Positions 29,482 through 38,004 of a stretch of 60,120 nt of DNA are shown here, in pieces. The stretch is from Akkermansia muciniphila (GTDB lineage Bacteria > Verrucomicrobiota > Verrucomicrobiia > Limisphaerales > UBA9464). The notes under the pieces are model-generated. The model did not search any database, was not told the origin of the DNA, and saw only the letters and a program-made list of their open reading frames with translations. A program made the position numbers and the translations under genes. Within the stretch, counting starts at the first letter, position 1. Every line of letters starts with the position of its first letter. Where the stretch lies: the NCBI GenBank assembly GCA_945900455.1, contig CAMDJH010000005.1, positions 1-60,120 on the forward strand, given 5' to 3'.

Positions 29482-30546
29482 ATGGCCTGGATCAAGCGTA
29501 ATCTCTACTTCGTGCTCGGCCTCGCCGCCGCGGCAGTCCTGTTGGGTGTCGGTATCTGGTCCTCCCTCGGCAGAAAAGCCGCCGCCGACGAGGTAGCTTC
29601 AAATTTGGAAGCTGCATCCACGGGTCTGAATCAGTTGATCGACCGCAAGCCGTTTCCCAGCGAAGAAAACATCAAGGCCGCCCGCCTCGAAACCGAGCGA
29701 GTGCTCCAGTTTAAGACGAATTCCCTCAAGCGGTTCCCCGAAGTGGTTGTTTCCACCAACATGACGACGGCGCAGTTTAAAGCGCTTCTCGAAGTTGCCG
29801 TCACAGAATTGGAGCGTGTCGCGGAGCGAAACGGAGTCAAACTGCCCGCTAAGTATGGCTTTACGTTCGCTGAACAACGCAAAGAATTGGTTTTGGATGA
29901 GAAGAAGCTTCCCGTCCTGGCGGGCCAGGTTCTTGACATCCAGACCCTCTGCCGAATTATTTTCGAGGCACGTATCAATGAATTGAACACCGTGCGAAGA
30001 CCCACCCTAATGTCGAATGACATGGGAAGCAGTTTCCATTCACGAAAATCCAATCGCGACGACAAGGTTGGCCTTTTGGATACTCCGTACGAAATTTCCT
30101 TTAACTGCTTTTCTTCCGAACTGGCCGCTGTTCTGTCGGGCTTGGCCAATGCACCGCAGATGTTGGTGGTGAAAAGTATCAATGTTGAACGTAACGCGGC
30201 ACCGGAAACCGAAACCCCCTCTTCGACACCCTTTTCGACCGGAGGACTTCCCGGTGGAATGGACCCGATGATTGCGGCGCGGTACGGAATGCGCGGACGC
30301 TACGGCATGGGAGGTATGGGTGGCATGCCCCCACCGGTAACGCCTCCACCAGCTGCCAAGACGGGCGCGGAAATCGACGAGAAATTTGTTCGAGTGACAC
30401 TGGGTGTCAATGTTGTCCGGCCAGCGCCTGCTGGACCGAAAGCAGCTTCGGCTCCAAAAATGCCATCGGCTGAAACGGATCCTGCCGCTCCGGCTGCTCC
30501 CGCTGAAAACAAATCGGCTGCGGGCAAGGCGGATGATTCCCAGTAA
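29482..30546 (+). CDS. Amuc_1100-family (PilO/GspM-like) protein
   Basis: MAWIKRN + TM, PFPSEENI, Y.FTF..Q, PYEISF.C...ELA.VL; position between pilM and the secretin. Confidence 0.75.
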   Translation: MAWIKRNLYFVLGLAAAAVLLGVGIWSSLGRKAAADEVASNLEAASTGLNQLIDRKPFPSEENIKAARLETERVLQFKTNSLKRFPEVVVSTNMTTAQFKALLEVAVTELERVAERNGVKLPAKYGFTFAEQRKELVLDEKKLPVLAGQVLDIQTLCRIIFEARINELNTVRRPTLMSNDMGSSFHSRKSNRDDKVGLLDTPYEISFNCFSSELAAVLSGLANAPQMLVVKSINVERNAAPETETPSSTPFSTGGLPGGMDPMIAARYGMRGRYGMGGMGGMPPPVTPPPAAKTGAEIDEKFVRVTLGVNVVRPAPAGPKAASAPKMPSAETDPAAPAAPAENKSAAGKADDSQ

Positions 30547-30582
30547 CGTCTTACACCCTCTTCGACCTCCTGAATCGCCTTC

Positions 30583-31398
30583 ATGGACTTCATTAAGAAA
30601 CAATACGAGAAGATCCTTCTCAGTGCCGTCCTACTCGCCTTGGCAGTGGGTGCTTTCTTGCTGACCCTCCACGTCGAGAGCGTCAAGGCAAACATCGCGG
30701 AACAAGGTAAAGTTCGGAGCACTCGAACGAAGGCTGCATTGGTCCCAATGGATCTTTCGACAAATCTGGAAGCTCTTCAGCGCCTGTCCGGACCGATTGC
30801 GCTCAATTTTTCTGGCAGCCCTTCCTCTGGACACAATCTCGTTAACCCTCTCCGATGGATCAAGGACCGAAATAGCCAGGTGGTTCTTGAACGTCCCGGT
30901 GTTGGCCGCGGCCCTTCGGGCCTTTCCCTCACTCGGACAATTCCCTTACCGCTGCTCGTTTCGTACGAGGGGGCCGCCGGCACCGGAGAAGATCTTCGCT
31001 ACCTATTCCGCATCGAGAAGCAGTACGCCCGCAAGGCGGATGCCCGCCGGGCAACTGTCGTTTCGGTGACTTTGAATAACAAGACCCCGGACAGTCTGTT
31101 TTCTCTCCGTGAAGTCCGGGGCTCCAAAGAGGCTCCCACTGAAGTGGTCATCGAAATGCTCGACGGTGGAGAGCGACTTACCCTTACGCGGGAAAAACGC
31201 TTTTCACGCACCATGGGGTATATGGCCGATCTGAGGCAGGATTTCGATAACAAGAGTTTTTCGGGCAAGCGGTTGGATGAAACCGTCCCGATCGGTGGCA
31301 AGAACTACAAGGTTGTTGCCATCGGCAAAGATGAGGTTGTAGTCTCCGACCCCGAATCCCAGAAGCGTACGGTCATCCGTTCCGCCTCTACGCCCTGA
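30583..31398 (+). CDS. Amuc_1099-family-like protein (PilP/GspC position)
   Basis: MDFIKKQYEKILL N-terminal TM; C-terminal YKVVAIGKDEVVVSD beta domain; synteny. Confidence 0.65.
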   Translation: MDFIKKQYEKILLSAVLLALAVGAFLLTLHVESVKANIAEQGKVRSTRTKAALVPMDLSTNLEALQRLSGPIALNFSGSPSSGHNLVNPLRWIKDRNSQVVLERPGVGRGPSGLSLTRTIPLPLLVSYEGAAGTGEDLRYLFRIEKQYARKADARRATVVSVTLNNKTPDSLFSLREVRGSKEAPTEVVIEMLDGGERLTLTREKRFSRTMGYMADLRQDFDNKSFSGKRLDETVPIGGKNYKVVAIGKDEVVVSDPESQKRTVIRSASTP

Positions 31399-31435
31399 TT
31401 TCCAATTATTTTCAGTCATAAACGTGAAGAACCCC

Positions 31436-34327
31436 ATGTCTAAAGCGTCGTCTATTCTTGGTGCCTTGTTCCTCTGCATGGCCACGCACAGTGCTTTCGC
31501 ACAGTCCGGAGCTGCCCCCAATGCCGAAGAGGAGGCCGTGCGTCGTCAGGAGAAATCCGTCCTACTCCGCAAGACTCTCGAATCCGCCGACAGCGCCCGC
31601 AAGATCGGCGACCTACCCACTTCCGCCAAACTGTATGAGGATTCGTGGACTTTGGTGGAAAGCCTCGGTTCCGCCGCGGATGCCGAGCGTGCGGACACGG
31701 TGACTGGATTCACCAACGTGCGTCTTAGTCTCGCAGATCGAGCGGTGAAGGATGGACAATACAAAGAAGCCGACCTCCATATCGCCCGTGCACTAAAGGT
31801 GGACCCCAACAACCTGCGCGCACAAAAAATGAAGAGCGAGAATGACAAGAAGATGGCCGATTTGGTCGGGCAAACGCCAAGTGACGCCACGCAGGCGCTT
31901 GTTCCTGCTTTCCAGGAGAATGTGGTCAAATCCAGTACGATGGTGCAGGACGGCCGTCTGCTTCTGGAAATGGGCAAGCTCGATGAAGCCGAAAGCCGTT
32001 TGAAGGAAGCCGTAAAATTGAACCCTGAAAACTCAGGGGCCTACTACTACTTGAGCCTTGTCAAGGAGCGCCGCTTTAGTCGGGAACTAAAAAAGCGGGA
32101 ACAGGTTAGCAAAGACAAGTTGGTGGAGATCGAAAAGGCATGGAATCCTTCGAACACAGCAAAGCTCCTGCCGCAGCATTCGAACCCGTTTACCAGAACG
32201 AACCGGATCACCACCGGAAGTGGACGGCAGCTAATTCAGCACAAGCTCGACACGATTCATATCGATGATCTCAAATTTCCGGAATCTCTTAGTCTCGGTG
32301 AAGTGGTCAAGACTCTCGATGAACAGGCACGAAAACGTGATCCCGAAGGCAGAGGCATCAATTTCATCATTAGCTCTACGCTTGATCCGTTTACCCCGCA
32401 GGCGGCGACAACGGTCGATCCAGCCACCGGCCTGCCACAGGCCGCCCAGGCCGCCGAGGCTGTTGACCTTAATTCAATCAACATCCGCCTCTCAACGACG
32501 CTCCGAAATATACGTCTCACCGACGCGATCGACGCGATAATCAAGACCGCTGAGAAACCAATCAAAGTCTCAATCGAAGAATATGCGGTCATATTCACGC
32601 AGGCTCGGCCTGAACCGTTGCAGTTGTATACTCGACGATTTAGGGTCGATCCCAACACCTTCATGCAAGGTTTGGAAAGCGTTGTCGGTCAACCATTCGG
32701 TGACATCCAGGTCGGAGGGCAGGGCGGCGGCGGCGGCGGCGGTGGTGGTGGCGGCGGCGGCGGCAGTGGTGGCGGCCAAGGCGGAACCAGTATCTATAGC
32801 ATTCCCCGCGTTGAAGTATCGTCGCCGGTCTCGGGAGGTGGGGGATCAAGCGGCGGTGGTGGTGGTGGTAGTTCCGGTGGCGGTGGCGGTGGCGGTGGCG
32901 GTGGCTTCGGAATCGCCAACGTTTCACGCACAAACCTAATGGCCAATGTTCAGGTGCTCGTGCGCGACTTTTTCCGGGCTGCCGGCGTTGATTTTCCGCA
33001 AACTGTGGCGGCTGGACAAGGCGGCGGCGTTGGCGGTGGAGGGGGTGGGGCCGGCGGTGGTTTTGGCCTCGCGGCGCAGGGCGGCGATCCAGGTTCAAAT
33101 CAAAAGGCGCTCTTCTTCAATGATCGGACTGGAATTCTCTTCATCCGTGCCACTCTCTCCGATCTTGATATTATCGAACAGGCGATTCAGGCCCTCAATG
33201 TTGCTCCGCCTCAGGTTACCATCGAAACCAAGTTCGCCGAAGTTGTTCAAGCGGATAAAAAGGCTCTTGGATTCGATTGGTTCCTCGGGAACCTACTCTT
33301 CGGCGGAGGAGGTATAGTCGGTGCACAAGGTGGATCGGCCCCGACGATGGCAGGCAGGCCATCCAAGGCGAATCCCAGCGGTACTTTCCCGGGCTATCCG
33401 AGCTATCCTGACAACAACGGACCCTCCGCAACGCTCATTCCGACCACGCACATTCCAACGTCGCCCACGGATCAAAAAATCACCGGAGGAGTTCGCAATT
33501 CTGTCGCAACCACTCTTGGAGGCGATCTAACCCAGATCCCCGCCCTCGCCACGGTCACGGGGATCTTAACGGATCCACAGTTTCGCGTCGTCATCCGTGC
33601 CATCGAGCAACGAGATGGATCCGATTTGCTCTCCGCTCCAAAAGTAACCACACTCAGCGGACGTCAAGCTAAGATTCAGGTCGCTGACGTCCGAACCATT
33701 GTAACGGGCGTTGGCAACGGACAAGGTAACCAAAATGGTAACGGCGGATCGAGTGGTGGTGGTGGTGGTGGTGCTTCCAGTGGTGGTTCTGCCAATAATA
33801 TTTTCACCCCTGGGTCTGTGGCAATCACGTACTCGCTTCAGGCCATTCCGTTCGGCCCTGAAATGGACGTCATCCCTTATGTGTCCGCCGACGACGTCTC
33901 CATCCAAATGACCTTGATCCCAAGCTATACCGAATTCATCGGCTATGATGATCCGGGCGATTTCGTCCCTCAGGTTCAAGCGGTCGGTACTATCGCAGCG
34001 CAACCGCTCAAAGCGACATTGCCTCTGCCTCACTTTCGAGCGCGCTCTGTGACCACTTCCGCAATCGTTTGGGACGGACAAACGATCGTTCTCGGAGGTC
34101 TAATTGCTGAGGACGTTCGAAAATTGAAGGATAAAGTTCCGTTCTTGGGTGACATCCCGTTCCTGGGCCGCCTCTTCCGCAGCGAATCCAGCAGCACCGC
34201 GAAAAGGAACCTCATGATATTCGTTACGCCAACCATTGTGGATCCCGCCGGAAATCGGGTTCATGATCCAAACAATATGCCGTACGATCCTAATTCAGTC
34301 CCGTCCCAACCCACGGCCTCGCGCTAA
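31436..34327 (+). CDS. Secretin (PilQ/GspD family, Amuc_1098-like) with N-terminal TPRs and Gly-rich inserts
   Basis: Signal peptide; TPRs; PPQVTIETKF, DLLSAPKVTTLSG, DGQTIVLGGLI, KVPFLGDIPFLGRLFRS, NLMIFVTPTI; start 31424 or 31436. Confidence 0.95.
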   Translation: MSKASSILGALFLCMATHSAFAQSGAAPNAEEEAVRRQEKSVLLRKTLESADSARKIGDLPTSAKLYEDSWTLVESLGSAADAERADTVTGFTNVRLSLADRAVKDGQYKEADLHIARALKVDPNNLRAQKMKSENDKKMADLVGQTPSDATQALVPAFQENVVKSSTMVQDGRLLLEMGKLDEAESRLKEAVKLNPENSGAYYYLSLVKERRFSRELKKREQVSKDKLVEIEKAWNPSNTAKLLPQHSNPFTRTNRITTGSGRQLIQHKLDTIHIDDLKFPESLSLGEVVKTLDEQARKRDPEGRGINFIISSTLDPFTPQAATTVDPATGLPQAAQAAEAVDLNSINIRLSTTLRNIRLTDAIDAIIKTAEKPIKVSIEEYAVIFTQARPEPLQLYTRRFRVDPNTFMQGLESVVGQPFGDIQVGGQGGGGGGGGGGGGGGSGGGQGGTSIYSIPRVEVSSPVSGGGGSSGGGGGGSSGGGGGGGGGGFGIANVSRTNLMANVQVLVRDFFRAAGVDFPQTVAAGQGGGVGGGGGGAGGGFGLAAQGGDPGSNQKALFFNDRTGILFIRATLSDLDIIEQAIQALNVAPPQVTIETKFAEVVQADKKALGFDWFLGNLLFGGGGIVGAQGGSAPTMAGRPSKANPSGTFPGYPSYPDNNGPSATLIPTTHIPTSPTDQKITGGVRNSVATTLGGDLTQIPALATVTGILTDPQFRVVIRAIEQRDGSDLLSAPKVTTLSGRQAKIQVADVRTIVTGVGNGQGNQNGNGGSSGGGGGGASSGGSANNIFTPGSVAITYSLQAIPFGPEMDVIPYVSADDVSIQMTLIPSYTEFIGYDDPGDFVPQVQAVGTIAAQPLKATLPLPHFRARSVTTSAIVWDGQTIVLGGLIAEDVRKLKDKVPFLGDIPFLGRLFRSESSSTAKRNLMIFVTPTIVDPAGNRVHDPNNMPYDPNSVPSQPTASR
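32714..33086 (+). repeat. GGC/GGT trinucleotide runs encoding poly-Gly tracts in the secretin (a further tract at about 33713-33790)
   Basis: e.g. GGQGGGGGGGGGGGGGGGSGGGQGG and GGGGSSGGGGGGSSGGGGGGGGGG. Confidence 0.9.
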
Positions 34328-34456
34328 TCTCTAATTAGAGAAATCTCCGGAACCCCCACTTGGCTTGCAAATTGCTCCAATCACACTCGTAAATGATAGC
34401 TACCCGGTCAGTGAGCGGACAGATCAAGCTCGGCAACTTGACGAATGACGTCTCCA

Positions 34457-36360
34457 TGAGCACCTCTTACGTGCAACGGATCAAGATTGGAAGCCGCTGG
34501 TCTGACTCGCTTCGAATGCTACTTCCCGGGGTTTTGGCCTCGTTCGTTGGCCTGGGATTGCTCGCTGACGCCCTTCAGCCCGTCGGATCGGATTTCCTTC
34601 TGACGGGACATCTGCCCGGCGATCAGTTGAATCCGGATGCTGCCGCCAATGGGAATGGCGGTTATCTGGTCTGGCAGGACAATGCAACCGATGCTCAGGG
34701 ATTGGGAATCAGCGCCCGGAAAATCTCCGCTCAACTGACCGGTATTCTGAGCTCGTTTCGAGTTAATTCTATCGGTGGGGGCGATCAGGAAAATCCAACG
34801 GTGGGTCTCTTGTCCCACGGTGGTGCAGTCTTTGCCTGGCAGGGGGGGCGTCAGGGCTTTCAGCGCGTTTTTGGAAAAACCTTGGCCGCGGATGGTACTT
34901 TTCAGACGGATGATGTCGCTTTAAGCCCCGAGTCTCAACTTAACGCTGTCGCGCCTTCGGTGGCGGGCTTGGCCGATGGTTCTGCGGTAATTTGCTGGTC
35001 CGCCACCGGCGGGGATGGAGATATGATGGGGGTTTTCGCAAGACTACTAGCCCCAAATGGCTCCCCGATCGGAGGCGTTCTACAAATCAACCAGACTACC
35101 CGCTACAATCAGCGAACCCCCCGCATCACGGCGCTTTCGGACGGTGGTTTTGCCGTTGCCTGGATTTCCGAACAACAGCGTGGCGTCGGAACGGTGGATG
35201 TATTCGGCCGAATCTATTCACCCTCCGGTGAAGCGAAAACCAGCGAGTTCCGAATCAATACGGCCAATCGCACCTGTGGGAATCCAGCGGTTTGCCGTTT
35301 GTCCGGCGGCGGTTTCCTCGCTGCTTGGTCGGAAGCAGATCTAAAATCATCCGATGGCAACTGGTCGCTCGTATCGCGGTCCTTTGACGCAGCGGGCACG
35401 GCTCAATCCGACACTCAATTCCTTGCCCAGGAACCCGGTCGGGACGCTATCGCGGTCCGTCTGGAATCGATCGGCAATTCAATTTCAGCATCTTGGTTTA
35501 TTGCCGCACCCAATACTCGTACCTGGGCCGTTCAAGTACGCTCGATATCTGCCGATGGGCGGTCGTTCGGAGAGACAATCACTTCCCTCAATACCGCCGT
35601 CGCCAGCTTCCAATCTCGCCCTCTCTTTATCGGTGATCCGAATGGCGCTGCGCTCCACGTTTGGCCCCGGTTTGAAGGGATCGACGCGGGCGTGGACTTA
35701 GTCGGACAGCGCTTCGCCCCGACGGCCCTGCCTCTCTCCGCCCCTGACCGTCCGCTCGTCAACGCGATTTCACCCAGTCGGCTCAGCGTTACTTGGCCCG
35801 AAATGGAAGGTCTGCCGATCGTCGGCTTCGAGATCAGTTTCGACGGTGGGCAATCGACACCCTGCACCACCAGCTACTGTCTTTCTCCGCTCTTCCTTCC
35901 AGGTACGACCCACAACGTTCGACTCGCCTACCGGTTGAGCGACGGGCGTGTATCCCCTCTTTCGGAAGCCACCGCGGCGACTACCTGGGGCGAAGACGCC
36001 AATGGGGATGGCCTCCCGGATGATTGGCAACGACTCTACTGGGGCGAGGATGACAGGGCATGGCCTTCTGTCAGTGCCGATTCGGACGGTGACGGCGCCG
36101 ATAATGCGACGGAATTCCGCACCGGAACGAGTCCCGTAGATCCCACTAGTGTTCTTCGCATGAGAATCGAATCGTCGTCCCTGAGCCCCCTGCTGACCTG
36201 GAACACCCAGCCCGGTTTTGTTTATACATTGGAGGTCAGCTCTGATCTCAAACAATGGCGGAAGACGGGTTCGCCAAGGTTTGCGCATGGATCCGTCGAT
36301 TCAGTACCCATTAACGGCGATCTCCTCCGCACCTTTTACCGGGTGACACGTCTTCGTTGA
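34457..36360 (+). CDS. Exported beta-propeller-repeat protein with FN3-like domain, DxDGDG (TSP3-like) Ca motifs and conserved C-terminal domain
   Basis: At least 5 repeats F.VN...G.Q..P.V..L..GG.V..W; DANGDGLPDDWQ..DSDGDG..N..EF..GT.P.D; ends TFYRVTRLR; start uncertain (34393/34457/34517). Confidence 0.75.
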
Positions 36361-36365
36361 AGCCT

Positions 36366-37970
36366 ATGATTCGTCTTTTTCCCATATTCGGGTTGGTGGC
36401 AGCACTCTTGGTCTCGGGTAGTCGCGTTTGCGGCTTCGCAGTCCTCGGTCAGCAGGAGGAGTGGATGGACGCCGAGCTTACGTACTTCACCGACGCCGAC
36501 CCCAATGGCATCATTGATATTGGCGGACCCAAGAATCTGGGCGATGAATACCGCTGGCACTCTGCGGTTTTCACGTACGCCCTCGACCTTGGCTTCGTGA
36601 ACTATTTCGGAAGCGACGGTATTCGGGCGGTCGACGCCGCCTTTCAGATTCTCAACAGTCTTCCCCCTGCGAGCCAGATGTCTGAACTGTTGTCAGAATT
36701 CCCAAACGACACTCGCCGATTCAATGGAACCGCATCTGCGTTGGGGGTTGCTGACCTGAAGACGTTTGTTCTTAGCTATGCCCTCTCATCGCTCGGTGTC
36801 GGAGCAGCCGAACGATGGGTCTATACTCTGCGCGACCGGTTTCTCCGCGATACGATTCCGTTCTACACGGTGATTCAACGAAATTTTGATCCCGTGACCT
36901 TGAATCCATCCCTGTATGTCAACGGTCAATTATACTCCTACAACGTGCAGCAGGTATCAATTAATCCGGACCGCTGGGATGCATCCGAACGGCCTGTCTT
37001 GCCCGGGATTCCGTCGTTCAGCACCGTTGCCAGTTTCATGAACGGTCATCAAGGATTGTCCGACGGCGTGTTTGTCACCGGGCTGACCCGCGAGGATGTC
37101 GGGGCGTGGCGCTATCTCTATTCCCCGTACAATTATAATTTCACTATTTTGCCCACCAATGTCGTTGCCTCCCCGGGGAAACTACCCACCAATCCTCAAA
37201 TAACAACCAATAGTCCGGGTGTTTTCATCGATCTTAATTCCCTGCTTTCGGTCGTTACATCTCCCTGGGATGTTCCCGGAAGCATCCTATTTTTTGGCGG
37301 CTCAAATAATACATCCGGATCCATTTCGAACCCGAATCTGAACGGTCCCGCATGGGGCCTTCCCGGAAACATCGCGTTCTTCACCAACGGAACCCCGGGG
37401 ACGGGGGGAGGTTCATCGGATGGAACTTCAATTCTTCCGAGCAGCGTCGATGGAAACGGCGGTAAAGTTCGCGGTGGGATCGATAAAATTGTGTTCGTTC
37501 GCGTGCCTTACGACTCGGTGGTGGGTGTGATCCCCGGAATTCCCAATGTCCGCTACCAAGATCGGTTTGTTGTAAATGGACAGGTTAGAACCCAAATTGT
37601 GCAGCGCATAATCAACGTTCCAGACTTACTCATTTCTGCGGCAGATGCTGGGACAAGAGACGGGGTTCCGATCCGATCCTTCATCAGTGGTGACACCTTC
37701 CGTTGGGACAATTACCTTCGGAATTATTATTCCACCAACACTCTTGTTTCTCCCCCTCTACTGGGCCTTGAATCGATCGTGGGCCCCGGAAGTGTGCAGA
37801 CGCCGATTTTCTTGACGATTAACAAACTTGGAGCGTTCAGAATTCAACGCGAAGGCCCGGGAGGAGGATCCTTGCCAGCGACTTGGGGGTGGTTTGATGG
37901 ATCAACCAATCCTCCAGTGGTCTTCCCGGTTGGCACCAGTCTTCGTGATCTGGAAATAACCGTTCCGTAA
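36366..37970 (+). CDS. Exported protein with degenerate matrixin/metzincin-like domain
   Basis: Signal peptide; YRW...FTYALD..IRAVDAAF; DLKTFVLSYALSSLGV in register with DLxxVAxHExGHxLGL; GLTREDVGAWRYLY; start ATG 36366 or TTG 36357. Confidence 0.65.
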   Translation: MIRLFPIFGLVAALLVSGSRVCGFAVLGQQEEWMDAELTYFTDADPNGIIDIGGPKNLGDEYRWHSAVFTYALDLGFVNYFGSDGIRAVDAAFQILNSLPPASQMSELLSEFPNDTRRFNGTASALGVADLKTFVLSYALSSLGVGAAERWVYTLRDRFLRDTIPFYTVIQRNFDPVTLNPSLYVNGQLYSYNVQQVSINPDRWDASERPVLPGIPSFSTVASFMNGHQGLSDGVFVTGLTREDVGAWRYLYSPYNYNFTILPTNVVASPGKLPTNPQITTNSPGVFIDLNSLLSVVTSPWDVPGSILFFGGSNNTSGSISNPNLNGPAWGLPGNIAFFTNGTPGTGGGSSDGTSILPSSVDGNGGKVRGGIDKIVFVRVPYDSVVGVIPGIPNVRYQDRFVVNGQVRTQIVQRIINVPDLLISAADAGTRDGVPIRSFISGDTFRWDNYLRNYYSTNTLVSPPLLGLESIVGPGSVQTPIFLTINKLGAFRIQREGPGGGSLPATWGWFDGSTNPPVVFPVGTSLRDLEITVP

Positions 37971-38004
37971 AACCCATAGTGCTCACTTTGTGCTAGGAAG
38001 AACC

